Shown piece after piece: positions 26,784-40,130 of a stretch of 64,000 nt of DNA. How positions within the stretch are numbered: position 1 is the first letter of the stretch; each line of letters opens with the position of its first letter. The translations under genes were made by a program, and so were the position numbers. Origin of the DNA: Octopus vulgaris. Taxonomy: Eukaryota. The stretch spans positions 82,770,001-82,834,000 of the forward strand of contig OX597827.1 in NCBI GenBank assembly GCA_951406725.2, read 5' to 3'. The notes below the pieces were generated by a model. The model was given only the letters and a program-made list of their open reading frames with translations. It did not search any database and was not told where the DNA came from.

Positions 26784-29300
26784 GCCAATAGATGAGGAAA
26801 ACTATGTAGGCAAACCAATGTAAATAGAAAAAGTAAGTATATAAATGTATATTAAGAGAGAGAGAGAGAGAGAGAGAGAGGTTTGTGTGTGTATGTGTAT
26901 GTGTTTGTGTTTGTGTGTGTGTGTGTACATGTGTATATGTGTGTGTTTGTGAGAAAGAGAGAGAGGGGCTGTTACCCAAAAAACAGCACTTGACAATTGA
27001 TAATCATAGTTTAATATCCTAAAATATGCTCACAGACAAAACAGATTCCAATTTCGTCTGCAACCAACCCAACAACGGCCAATAACTAATTCCCTGTCAG
27101 GGATCCACAGTAGACAACATTTTTCTTCGACGATTTGGATTCAGTTAATTTATTTATTTTATATTGCAATTTGCCAACAACAGCATTATTGGGTACAGGT
27201 TTCTAATGGATCAATCAATGGTTCACTGTTTTTCTGCCTGTCACAGTGACAAGGGAGTGTCTCTCACTCGCCATAAAACAAGTATTTCAAGGGTCTTTAT
27301 TCAAGAAACAAGAGATTTTCATTTTTCTTGCTAATGTTTAAATTCTTTGCCAATATACATCATTGAAATAACACACATGACACACACAGTGGAGTTCCAC
27401 AGTTTCCAGCCAACAGATTCCAGTTTCAAGTTATTGGTCAACCTAAAGCTATGAGAGGAAACACTTACCCAAAGTAGCAAGCTGTAGGATTGAACACAGC
27501 ACCATGCAGTTGCAAAGCAGATTCTTACCTCTGTAATATCTTTCCAGCACTTTTACCCACTTTTTCAACTTTTTGGGCAATTTGCTTCAACATATTTTTT
27601 AAGAATATAACTTCTGTAAAATTGGCTTCAAAATTTGTCACAATGCCAGCAATTTTGGAGAAGGGGGTAAGTCTATTACATCCACCCCCCAGTGTGCAAC
27701 TGGTACTTATTTTATCAACCCTGAAAGGATGAAAAACAAAGTCGACTTCAGTGCATTTGAACTCAGAATGTAAAAACTGACAAAAAAGAAACAAAAAACA
27801 GGAATGGTTCTACCAGCTTACCACTTTCACTTTATCAATCATAATAATTAAAATAATTGCTTCCAACTAACGATTCTGCCAGCTCGCTGCTTTAAATAAC
27901 TCCTGATTTTCACTCTATACCATTTCTATGGTGGTATGGGTTCGTTGGAGTAATATTTCCTTATCATTCCCATTAATTGACAAACCAGAAGTCCATATCT
28001 TGAACACGACCAAATTTTGAATTAATAAGAACGGTTTTCAGTTTTTGCACCTGAAAGAGCAAAACTCCAAATCTGCAACACTTTATTTCCTGATTAAGGC
28101 CATTGCATTATACTTGCTTATTTATTAATTAATTTCTAATTCAATTAGCAAACAACTGTGTCTTTAATTACAGTTTTCCAATGGACCAATCATTGATTTA
28201 TTGAATTTATGACAGTAAGAATATCAAGGGAGTGTTTTCGACTTGATGCAGAACAAATAGCATGAGCGCCTTTTGAGTTCATAGGCACAACTGTTTCTGT
28301 CTGTGACAACAAAGACAAGAATAATGTATGATCAGCTGATGCATTTGAATATCTATCAAACCCATTAAAAAAAAGTTTGAATATTTCCGAAAGTCAAACA
28401 ATTTGGCGTGGCATGCACAAAGCACCAGTTGACAGTTCTTGACACTGTCAATGGTTAGAACTGGATCAGTCACATTATTGACGTACATTTAAAATATCAG
28501 CTCTAGACATAAAGTGGTTTAATTTCTGTAATAATTATGTGGACTTAGGCTCCACATATCAAGTAGCTGTTGTAAACATGTAGTGACATGGAGATTATCT
28601 CTTATTATAAATACATGGAGACATATTGGTGTTATAGCAAACATGTAGAGACATGGTGGGGTATTGTAAATATGTAGAGACATGTAAGGGGTAAGTCAGT
28701 TAGATCATCCTCAGCATATGACTGGTACTTTATTTTATCAACCCCAAAGCAATGAGAGGCAAAGTTAACCTTGGAAGGATTTGAACACATAATGTAAAGG
28801 ACCAAAAGAGATCCTTATCAAAGCATTTTATCTGATGCCCTAAGGGTTCTGCCAGCTCGTTTCCTTAATCATAATAATCCTTTCTAACCTGGGCACAAGG
28901 CCAGCAATTTTAGGAGGTAGGCCGATTGCATTGGCCCCAGTGCACAGCTGGTACTTATTTTATTGACCCTGACAGGACACAGAGCAAAGCTGATCTCAGT
29001 GAAGTTTGAACCCACAACGTAAAGAGCATTTTGTCCAGTGTGCTAACAGTTCTACCACTTCTGCAGCTTTAATAAGAATAATAATAATCCTTTCTACTAA
29101 AGGCACAAGGCCTGAAATTTTGAGTAGTGGGGGCAGGGGCTAGTCGATTATATTGACCCCGGTACGTAACTGCTATTTATTTCATTGACCCCAAAAGGAT
29201 GAAAGGCAAAGCTGACCTCAGAACTCAGAAAGTAAAGCTGGATGAAATGCCACTAAGCATTTTGCCCAACATGCTAACAACTCTGCCAGCTCACCCTCTA

Positions 29301-29355
<55 letters not shown>

Positions 29356-29547
29356 TATAAAGGATTGAGGTAACTCCTCCAGAAGATATGGAGTCAAAAT
29401 TAAAAGATGAGTGCCATTGTTATCTAGTGAACAATATTTCAACATCTTGTGTGTCTTCAACTGGTTCAAAAAATAAATTTGTCGATCTACTTCATTTTGG
29501 TTAATAATAGAGCCTCTGTTTATTATTAATAATAATGATAATAATAA

Positions 29548-30285
29548 ATGGAGGCTCTAATCTGTGTTGCCCAAGAGCAAGCACTAAGAACAAACTACAT
29601 AAAATACAGAATAGACAACACATCAGAAAGTGATAAGTGCAGAATCTGTGGATAAAATGGTGAAACCGTATGGCATATTACCAGCCAATGTACACCACTA
29701 ACCCAGAAGGAATATAAGAGATGCCACGATAATATAGCAAGGCTTGTCCATTGGACACTCTGCAACAAGTATGGACTTTACAGAGCAAAAAATTGGTACG
29801 ACCACAAACCCGAAGGCATCGTCGAAAATAGAAATGCAAGGATCCTGTGGGATTTTATGATTCAGTGCGACCATGAGATTGAGAATAGGAAACCAGATAC
29901 AGTCTTAATTGAGAAAGAAAGCAAACTATACTGGATCATAGATATAGCATGCCCACCTGACAACAAGGTATGCGATAAGGAAGAAAGAAAAGTCGATAAA
30001 CATGAGAGGTTAGCTTGGGAAGTTAAGCAGTTGTAGTTGATGAAAAAGGTAGCAGTATTACCAATAATTGTTGGAGCCCTGGGAAGAGTGAGTAAAAATC
30101 TCGAGAAGTACATGGAACAAATAGGGGCTGCAATAAAAGTGGAGCACTTGCAGAAAACAGCACTGCTTGGAACCGCTCGAATACTCTGGATGGTGCTTGC
30201 AAAATAAGGGGTGTTAATTTAGTTCACTGGTATTGAACAGCTGACACCATAGTACATCTCCAGCATTAGAAGATGTGCAAAGGCA
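29548..30285 (+). mobile_element. 5'-truncated R4/Dong-type non-LTR retrotransposon (zinc knuckle plus restriction-like endonuclease), pseudogenised
   Basis: Translation AQEQALRTN..CRICG*NGETVWHITSQC..YKRCHDNIA..ILWDF..RKPDTV..IIDIACP..PIIVGALG..LQKTALLGTARIL, with two internal stops. Flanked by (TAA)n. Confidence 0.9.
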
Positions 30286-30363
30286 ATGATAATAACAACA
30301 ACAACATCAATAATAATAATAATAACAATGATAATAACAACAACAACATCAATAATAATAATA

Positions 30364-30918
30364 GCCCTGATGCAGTACCAGGCAGTGGCTCTCATGGCTT
30401 CTGATCTTAACTGATTGGAAGTGTTATCATGTACATTGTTTTGTCTTGGTATAAAAGATGGGCTACAGCAAATATTCTGCTCAATACCACAGATTTGCTT
30501 GTCAGTTGTTTGACCTTAACCAGTTGAGCATGTCCCTCAGTGGCTGACGATATGTGCATCTCTGATCACGAGCAGAAGTAGTGGGGGAGCATCATAGCCA
30601 TGTGTTGAGAGGGATTCTTTGGGGTTTGAATAATTCACCTCTAGAAACATGGGTGGTTCTTTCAACATCCTTAAACAACTCTTATTCAGGGACCTTTTGA
30701 GCGGGATGGGCTACTCAACCTGAAGAAATTTCTAAATGGGCCCCACCCGCAAGGTCATGTGCTGTTTATCTTGATATGAGATCACCATGTCGCGCACATA
30801 TGGTTGTGATGCATGTGTCTGGTGTACTCTTATCAGACGGGTAGTCATGATGGGTATATTGGGCTTCATATATTTTACCCCAGTGTCACTTTGATGGCAT
30901 GCACTGCTCTCTCACTCA
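30364..30918 (+). mobile_element. Non-coding ~555-bp interspersed element inserted in (TAA)n
   Basis: Bounded by TAA runs on both sides; a second, reverse-oriented copy lies at 49782-50236. Confidence 0.75.
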
Positions 30919-31484
30919 ATAATAATAATAATAATAATGATGATGATGATGATGATAATAGTAATAGCAATAATCCCTTCTACTATAGATGCAAGGGCCT
31001 GAAATTTTGGAGAATAGGGTTAGTACTTGACTGGTAATATATTTTATGGGCCTCATAAAGATGAAAGCCAAAGTTGGCCTTAGATGGATTTGAATTCAGT
31101 TTATTAAAAACTGGAAGAAATATCACAAGGCATTTTGTCAAACACTCTAAATTCTGAAAACTTACAATCATAATAATAATTATAACAGTTTATTTTGTTT
31201 CCATAGAAACAAATTAGAAAATAGGGTGTGGGATGGGTTTGCAGTATAATTAAGGAAGAAAAATGTAAATAAATGATGTTAAATGTATTGCATTTGCTTT
31301 GTAAAAAAATGGGGTCAGGTCACTTAGGGTGAATGAGGAAAGCCTAACAGATTGGGGATTTAGCCTGATTACCAAAGAACCTGCTTCCTCCCCTATTTTT
31401 TGTCTCCAGTCTGCAATAATGTGATCAGAGAAGGCCTATTCAACCACACTCATCACTCACTGACCTTACAACAATTTTACATTA

Positions 31485-32017
31485 AAACTCTACTTGTGAA
31501 GACGTGTTGAGGCAAGTGAGGATCAGAATCGAAATCGATCAATGGAAATTGCGGATGTGCTACCAGTGCCGGTGGCATGTCGAAACTCTGCTTGTGAAGA
31601 CCCATTGAGGCAAGTGAGGATCAGAATCGAAATCGATCAATGGAAATCGATCAATGGAAATTGCAGATGTGTTACCAGTGCCGGTGGCATGTAAGAGAAC
31701 CTTCCGTTTCGCGACCGTTGCCAGCACCGCCCCGTTTCGTGTTCGTTGCCAGCCTCGCCTGGCCCTCGTGCCGGTGGCACATAAAAAACACCATCCGTTC
31801 GTGGCCGTTTGCCAGCTCTGGCTGGCACCAGTGCGGGTGGCACGTAAAAAGCACCCACTACACTCACGGAGTGGTTGGCGTTAGGAAGGGCATCCAGCCG
31901 TAGAAACACTGCCAGATTTGACTGGGCCTGATGAAGCCTTCTGGCTTCACAGACCCCAGCAGAACCGTCCAACCCATGCTAGCATGGAAAACGGACGCTA
32001 AATGATGATGATGATGA
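31485..32017 (+). mobile_element. Family C copy with ~95-bp tandem duplication at its 5' part
   Basis: aaactct..gtgaagac..gaggcaagtgaggatcagaatcgaaatcgatcaatggaaat occurs twice; same 3' end as 9266-10248. Confidence 0.8.
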
Positions 32018-32460
32018 TTCCTCTTCTTCAATTGGTTCTTGGAAAGATGAGCACTTGGCCAAAGGGAAAGTCCCTGTCTAATTTCCTGGATCTCATCCAC
32101 CCCTCAATATTATGTTCTTTCACTGCAGTCATCACCAAGAAGAAAGCTTCCTGCCCCTTCTTCACCAAAATAATGTGGTGGGACAATCTGCATGATGGAC
32201 TTGGATCACAGCTAAATCTAACAGAACAATAACAACTGTTTGATATAATACCATACTTCAGCCAAGTTCTCCTCAGATATGAATTATGCCTTGCCAGTAG
32301 TTTGACCAAAACAGGTAATTCCTGATTCCACTGCCTGATCAAATAAACATACACCTGCCCAGGTGTATGTTTATTTTGCATCCAATGAATTCTTTTGACT
32401 GACAGAAACTATATGGAAGCCTATGAGAGAAACCTTTCATGTTCTGTGTGAGTCAACACA

Positions 32461-33022
32461 CGATGGTGAGTCAAAAAGTAATGCCATTTTCTTTAGGACA
32501 GGTATAATTACCAACACAGGAACATGTATCATACATCAAAATGAAGCTGGTCCTCTGTGGATCACATCCCTGCTTCTCAACATAGTCACTGTTTCTCTCA
32601 ATAGCAATGTTCCACCTTCGAATGAGAGCATGTATCCCTGCCCCATAAAAGTCTGTTGACTGTTCTTTGAGCCACTTCTTCACTACAGTTTTCACTCCCT
32701 CATCATTAGAATAATTTAGCACCTTCAGACTATCATCTCTTTGGCCCCATGAAAAAGGGTTTGAAAGGCAAAACATTATTCCAATGACAAGGAAGTGAAA
32801 ACTGTAGTGAAGAAGTGTCTCAGAACAGTCAACAGACTTTTACAGGGCAGGGATACATGCTCTCATTCGAAGGTGGAACATTGCTATTCAGAGAAACAGC
32901 GATTATGTTGAGAAGTAGAGATGTAATCCACGGAGGACCAGCTTCATTTTGATGTATGATACATGTTCCTGTGTTGGTAATTATACCTGTCCTAAACAAA
33001 ATGGCATTACTTTTTCCCTCAC
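32461..33022. mobile_element. Fold-back non-autonomous mariner built from two transposase 3' ends
   Basis: ~250-bp inverted arms. The right part encodes (frameshifted) LAPSDYHLFGPMKKGL..AGIHALIRRWNIAI..DYVEK*, a mariner C-terminus. The left arm encodes the same on the minus strand (ORF 32471-32776). Confidence 0.88.
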
Positions 33023-33275
33023 ACTTATATTTTGTTGCCAAGTTTAAAAGAACCACCTTCATTTGTTTGCAGAGTTTGATAACTCTAGTCAGGGAAACTT
33101 TCTCAGGAAGAAAAAGCAAATTGTCCAAAGTGAGACAGATAAAGTAACATGGGATGTGCTTTTAGTAGAATGGAATATTTAAGGGACATTTTCAATCCCT
33201 GAACCTTGCATATGAAGACAAGTATTTTACATGTAAGCTATTGATTATTATAATTACTATAATTATTATAATTAT

Positions 33276-33686
33276 AGGCATAGGAGTGGCTGTGTGGTAA
33301 GTAGCTTGCTTATGAACCACATGGTTCAGGGTTCATTCCCAATGCGTGGTACCTTGGGCAAGTGTCTTCTACTATAGCCTCGGGCTGACCAAAGCCTTGT
33401 GAGTGGATTTGGTAGACGGAAACTGAAAGAAGCCTGTCGTATATATGTATATATATATGTATGTGTGTATATATGTTTGTGTGTCTGTGTTTGTCCCCCC
33501 AACATTGCTTGACAACCAATGCTGGTGTGTTTACGTCCCCGTAACTTAGTGGTTCAGCAAAAAGAGACTGATAGAATAAGTACTGGGCTTACAAAGAATA
33601 AGCCCTGGAGTCGATTTGCTCGACCAAAGGCAGTGCTCCAGCATGGCCACAGTCAAATGACTGAAACAAGTAAAAGAGTAAAAGAG
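33276..33686 (+). mobile_element. tRNA-derived SINE family A (near full length)
   Basis: Head ggagtggctgtgtggtaag..gggttcattccc with A/B-box-like motifs, internal TA/TG tract, tail actgaaacaagtaaaagagt. Many copies in the window. Confidence 0.85.
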
Positions 33687-33754
33687 TATTACTGCAGTCA
33701 CGAAAACACCCAATCAAATTAGTTGATTATGCTTGTATCAAGTAGACTCTAAAG

Positions 33755-34036
33755 CAGGGATTCTCAACTATTTTTCTCCTTATTATGGACCCCTCTGGTT
33801 CTTGCTTTACTCTGCTGGACCCTCCACAGCCATTCACTGTATATAAAAAAAATCTTACTGCATTTTTCTAATTGAATTTTATTAGGAATTGTATAAAAAA
33901 ATACATTAAAATATTTGTGTATTATAGAAGTAAAACCAATTTATTGCAGATAAATTTCAACAACAGAATCTTATATGGACCTCCAAGGGTCATGTGAACC
34001 CATAAGGGTCAGATAGACCCCAGTTGAGAACCGCTT
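33755..34036. mobile_element. hAT (Charlie-like) MITE
   Basis: TIRs cagggattctcaac / gttgagaaccgctt; 8-bp TSD ctctaaag / ctctgaag (7/8 match). Confidence 0.8.
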
Positions 34037-34625
34037 CTCTGAAGATATTCATTTTCATATGAGTTTGTAACCACCAGTCTTAAGATCTTAAGACTTTGCT
34101 ATTTTTACAAGCAAGAATCTATTAGGAGAGTCATAATGTTTGTGGCAGTAAACAAACAAAAGTCTATAATTGGGTTTGTCAGATAAATTTGTGAGTTTTT
34201 CCCCCATTTATTTTAATCTTTTTTAATGTTATTTGATTTAACATGAAAAGTATTTTTATTGATTTTCTTTTTTCTTTCTTTTTTTTTTTGCTTTTGTAGT
34301 TCTATTCCTCCTTTCCAAGTTTTGTTCCACGTTTTTGAAATCTGAATAAATTTTATCTCTTTTCATGATGGAGAGCCAAGTAGAAAAGAAAAAAAAATGA
34401 GTGAATTTATCCAACAACTCAATAATACAGCAGTTATTCTTTAGTTAATATATTACTAACAGTCTATTAGTATTGTAATCAGTGGCCTGGGGACAGAATT
34501 TGCTTAGGGGGTGCAAACTCAGGTCCAAGTTTTTTTACAAACAAGGCTGATTTTTTCAATCTTAACATCAAAACAAACACAGATTTAATAAAAATTTTCA
34601 TTATTATACGTTGAACAGTAATTCT

Positions 34626-35200
34626 TCAAATCATTCCCCAAATTTTTCCAAACTGGTTCGTTTTGGTGATGAAGTTTTCCCAGAGGATGTGCAAAGTGTT
34701 TCCATTGCACAAGTTTTTGCGTCCTTGCATTACAGCCCAGTGTGTCAGACGGTGTTGCGTCATTGTGGTATGGAGTGAGGTCTTCAAACAGTGAAGTGTG
34801 CTGAACATTCTCTCACTTAATGCAACAGACACAGGCTTGCAACATGATGACATTCTCATCACAAAGACTGGTCTGTAACGCTTCAGAAGAATGGTGTTTT
34901 GGTGAACAAAGCTCAATGCATCAGAGACCAGGGCAATCGTACATCCAGCTTCTTGGAGGACAAAACCCAGAGAGTGGTTTCTGAAGTGTACAAAATATGT
35001 ACCAGGAAACATGTCTTTTAATCTCTTTTGTGTGCCTGAAATGTTTCCATTCATGGTACCTGCACCATCAAAGACAGAAGCAGCATAATTTTGACAATTT
35101 CGTATGCGTATTTTGTTTAAAGGAGGCCTTTCAACTGATGTCACTGGTTTACTGACTTTTTACAGAAGATGACAATGAGTAATTCTGGACACAGTTGTTT
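34626..35200 (-). mobile_element. Degenerate hAT transposase fragment (ZMYM1-like)
   Basis: FDGAGTMNGNISGTQKRLK..YFVHFRNHSLGFVL matches the DGAxxMxG and HCxxHxL motifs of hAT transposases, with the Cys lost. Confidence 0.72.
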
Positions 35201-35924
35201 CACCAATGCACTTGAGAAGTTCTCCATTTGTAAGACCTGGCTTCTTTACAGCTTCACTCTTAATTCATGACAGAGAAGGTTGAGAAACTGCCCTCAACTG
35301 ACCCTTGTCGGCTCTCTAACATGTCTTTATAGGAGCTGCAACAAATGTTTTCACAGTTTGCTGATATCTTCCAATCCTTTTAGATATTTCTTATCTTGAT
35401 TTACCTTCTGCAAGTTCACAAGTAACAAGAGATTTCTCTGAAGCAGTTAAGTCACATTTACGACCCATAATTACACAATTATCAGACTACTCGTTAATAA
35501 TTTGGAACACTGAAAGTTTGTGGAAATCTTGCCAATGGCCACAGTTTGTTTTCATTTGTGCAAAACCTCACATTTTTTACACATCACATATATATAACTG
35601 TTGCCATCATTCTAAGGAAATTTTGTTGAATTCCAACAAATAATTTTTAAATAAAATGAACAAATATCACATCATTAGTAATTTGAAAAACAGTACACAC
35701 ACACACACACACACACACATGTGTACAACGGACTTCATTTCTACCAAATCTATTGTCAAGGCTCTGGTCGATCCAAAGGTATAGTAGAATACGACACTTG
35801 CCCAAGGTACCACGCAGTGGGACTGAACCTGGAACCATGTAGTTGGGAGGTTTCAGTGGTAGGACTGCAGCCATGATGGAGCACCATTTCAATTTATTTT
35901 CTTCTGGCTTTGTCATCACTTTAT

Positions 35925-36300
35925 GGCTGGAAATTGGTCAGTGATGGAGTTGGTAGCAACTGACCTCCCTGAGTGCATCCCTGAATGGCTGACCAGTCCG
36001 GTATTTTTGTTTCTGTTACCAATGGGTTTTTTTTTTTTTTGTTTAATGTTTCACTAGAGGTTCCTTTTATATTTCTGATTCTGTTAGGCAGGCAGTTGAA
36101 CAGTTGAGGATCCCTGAATATTAGACTCGTACAATAAAGTGTTCTTGCTTGGGATTTCGAAGGTGGAATATCTGGTGACATATCACACACTGTGTGAGAG
36201 AAGGACATTTGTGGCCAGGTCTTTTTGGATGAAGACCTCGTTTCCATATTCTGTAGTCAATTCTGACAGATGTAATTCCACATCCAATATGTCTGGGGTC
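35925..36300 (-). mobile_element. Degenerate LINE 3' fragment (CR1-like)
   Basis: SLIFRDPQLFNCLPNRIRNIKG..IPD resembles the LFNxLP C-terminus of invertebrate CR1-group ORF2. Confidence 0.55.
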
Positions 36301-36421
36301 AGGGACGTTTCACTTCATGCTTCACATATTGGCTTTTCTTGCTCTAACAAGGTCCCTCTCTCTGTGCAAGGTCCCTCTCGCTGTGCAAGGTCCCTCTCAC
36401 TGTAACAAGGTCTCTGTCGCT

Positions 36422-36618
36422 GTTGCATTTTGTGTGCTTGGAATAACCCTGAAAATGATACTAAACCACCACCAAATCCACAGTAGAAACATCCCTTGCA
36501 GTGGCAGCGATGACTTTCATCAAAACCCCGAAGTCACCCAAGATATCTGCTGGGTACTGTGAATTTGGTGGTGGTTTAGTATCATTTTCAGGGTTATTCC
36601 AAGCACACAAAATACAAC
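36422..36618. repeat. Inverted repeat with 64-bp arms
   Basis: 36422-36485 and 36555-36618 are reverse complements with 2 mismatches. Confidence 0.9.
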
Positions 36619-38007
36619 CTGTCTCATCACAAATTCATGTCAAACTACATTGAAGTGTCAACTATCTGCCAAATACACATGCACAAGGGACTGACTGAAG
36701 TTAGCGACTTATCAGAGGACTTCAAGTTTAGTGTTGATAAAATAGTGTCTCAAGAAATACCATCAAAGATAAAAGAAATGAAAAGTGTGCTGTGATGCCA
36801 AACGATGAACAATAAGTAGAGAGGGGCAGCAAGTACCATGTTTAGGTAGGGTTGACCTTGCTCCCAGCTGTTGTAGTCACCTCCAGAATCAACACAAATC
36901 TCCCTTAAATCACACTCAACCACCATGGATAACATAATCCTGAGGCTAAACAATAGCAACAACAACATCATATGGTCACTCAACCAACTAGAAATAACAG
37001 CAAAACATCCTTCAGGTTACTCTCAGCCATTTAAATAAGATAAAATTTGATAAAATAGTTCGTTCGTTCATCGTTTAACGTCCACTTTCCATGCTGGCAT
37101 GGGTTGGACGATTTTAACTGAGGACTGGCAAACCAGATGGCTGAACCAGGCTCCAATCTTGATCTGGCAGAGTTTCTACAGTTGGATGCCCTTCCTAACA
37201 CCAACCCTTTCGAGTGTGTAGTGGGTGCTTTTATATGCCACCGTCACAGGGCCAGTCAGGCGGTCCTGGCAATGACCTTGCACTTTTAAAAAGACTGGAT
37301 GACCAAGGCTGGAATGTCTATCATTATTTGCCAGATGCAGAATTAACATAAAAGTGAGGAGTGTACAACATTCAGACCCATCCTACCGTACAGACCCCCT
37401 TATATAGTTAATCTTCACTGTATGTCAGAACATGCAGTATGGCTCTTTACTTGAGAGACGTATGGTAAATCTAGAGATATGGATCTGTGGATTACACACA
37501 CCTATTCCTGCAGCCTTAGTTCTGTTCAATCAGGGCTGACCTAACTTACACAATAATAAGAACAGGGTTACTATTTTTATCCTGTAATCCTCTTTACACT
37601 GCAATGGAATAAGCAGAAAGTGATGGCATACAACATAACTCCCATCAGCTTTACATATTCTACGCTTGATATAAACACACTGAAAAGTCCTTCAGGAGAG
37701 CTGATATGGTTGACATCTCCTACTTGAAATGACTTCTTCATATTATGGCACTAAACAAGAAAACTTTGTCTAACATTCAGAGATCAATTATTATGATTCA
37801 GATGATAATTTTCCAGACAATTAACCTAATCTTCTGAGCGTATAATTACAATATTTACACAACGTATAGAACGGTTCAAACTCTGATTGTCATCAGATGA
37901 CTTATTTCTGGGTTTGTACAGTCAGCCCAGAGATCAAACTAATCGAAATGTAGTGGAAATATTGTAAAATATACACTCTAAATATGAAGCTGTCATCCGG
38001 AAAAAAT

Positions 38008-38079
<72 letters not shown>

Positions 38080-39232
38080 TAATAATAATAATAATAAAAA
38101 CCTTGTTTTTACACCAAGCGACCTAACTACAATTAAGTGGAGAAGGTTGTTTGTTGGGTTTAGACTCAATAAAGTCAACCAGTCTACTACTTTCTACCTT
38201 ACTGAAAAGGTAAAATTGACTGACAACCAACTTCAAAATTAGATGGCAAAGATATAAAGTTGAAATTCATAGCCTTTCATGCAGTGTTTTACTAATGTTA
38301 TTGACGGGGGAAGAGGCGTCTTCAGTGATGAAAAAGCTCTGATAAAAATATTTTTGAATTATATTAACAAAAGACTGCAAATTTTGGGGAATGAATTAAC
38401 AAAAGTATATAACTGGTACTTATTTTACCTTCCCTTTGGTGGAAGAAAGTTAAAAATCATCCCTGGTCAGATTTGAACTCATTTCATAAAAGCATTCCAG
38501 CCTTGGTCATCCAGTCTTTTTAAAAGTATAGAGAACTATTTTATCAAATTTTATCTCATTTAAATGGCTGAGAGAAATCTAAAGGATGTTTTGCTGTTAT
38601 TTCTATTTGAACTCAGGACATAAAGACTAAATAATAGTCTGTCATTTCTGTCAGTTCACTGACCAATTTTTAGCAAAAAGGTTTCTTATAAAAAGGCACA
38701 AGGTCAAACATGATATATGTGGGTATTTGACACACACACATATATATATATATAGGAAAAATAGAAGTTGAAAATGTACTGAGAATAATTAAAATACTTT
38801 TTATTATTATAATATTTAATGCTTTAACCGGTTTCACAATTTACACTGATTGTCAAACAGTTCAAATAGAAAGACATGGCTTATGTTGCAGTCGTCTTGC
38901 TTCTGACTTGTGTTTGAAGCTTGCCATATTTCTATAGGGAGTTCATGGCTCAAATTAGTAAATGTTTTGAATAGGATTTGATTGGTCACATGACTGGCCT
39001 TAGAAAGTTTTGCAGGTTCCCGCTACATCCATGTGTTAGTATCAAGTGACAATGTTTTGTGTGGTAAGTTAAGGCTGACTCGGTTGACTGAAAATATCCA
39101 AACAATCAATGCTCTGAATGTTTTCTGTCAAGTGTTTGTAGAGATAACCTTTTGTACATTTCCCACTGCTACATTCGTGTGTGTGTGTGTATATGTATAT
39201 ATATAATATATGTATATGTATATCTATCTATC

Positions 39233-39265
<33 letters not shown>

Positions 39266-39559
39266 ATACATACATACATAGGGAGAGAGAGTGAGAGAGA
39301 GAGACATATATATATATGCACTCATGCATACATACATGATGTGTGTGTATGTGTAGATATATGTACATATGTGTATATGGCAGTGTGTACAACAGCTTAG
39401 CAAAGGCTCAAATTGTGGTTAGGGAGGAAGACAAGTCTTTGCTATTGTTAGACAAATGGCCATGTTGAATATGAAGAAAAGGTGAAGCAGGGTCACAAAT
39501 TGGCCAATAAAGAAGTTGGACTTTGTATGAGGCCAGCGTGCAATAGTAAGCCTATGGAA

Positions 39560-40130
39560 AAAATATGTAGTTAACAGCTTTAGTTAATTAAGTAACCTAA
39601 TTGGAGGTGAAGGTAAATATTATGAAAGCAGTCAGAGTAAGGTGAGGGTGAAGAGGTTCCGAGAGCAGTTACTTTGGCAGGCAACAAGGGGTAAGAAGTC
39701 TGTGAGGGAAAGGGGCAAATTATATATTACTAGTGTATGAAATACAATGCTTGATTCTAGGGAGATATGAGCCTTGAATGCAGAAGGTTTTCAATGGTTG
39801 GGTGGGTGGGGGGGGAATGAAGCAAACACATCCTACTGGACACATGTTAGTGTAAATGAACGATGGAAGAGAAATAAGCTGAGAGAAGATAAACATTAGG
39901 GGGTGGGGAGATGCAGAGAGAGGGAGAGAGAGAAGACTGCTTTGGGACGAGGATGTGGCATGTATGGAGGGCGTTGGTTGTGTAACAGAGTGCTGAGAAC
40001 ATGAAGAAGATGGAACCTATGAGAGAAGAATACCAAAAAAAAATTGAAATAAAGTAGAGAAAACTGATTCCAAAAAAACTGAACCTGACAACTTAAAAGA
40101 GTCTTTGATGAATGACTGAACTCAAAACTG
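39560..40130 (+). mobile_element. Highly degenerate RTE-clade LINE 3' fragment
   Basis: Frameshifted remnants AVRVR..KRFRE..ATRG..KGKLY..NKLREK; purine-rich coding-strand bias. Confidence 0.55.
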
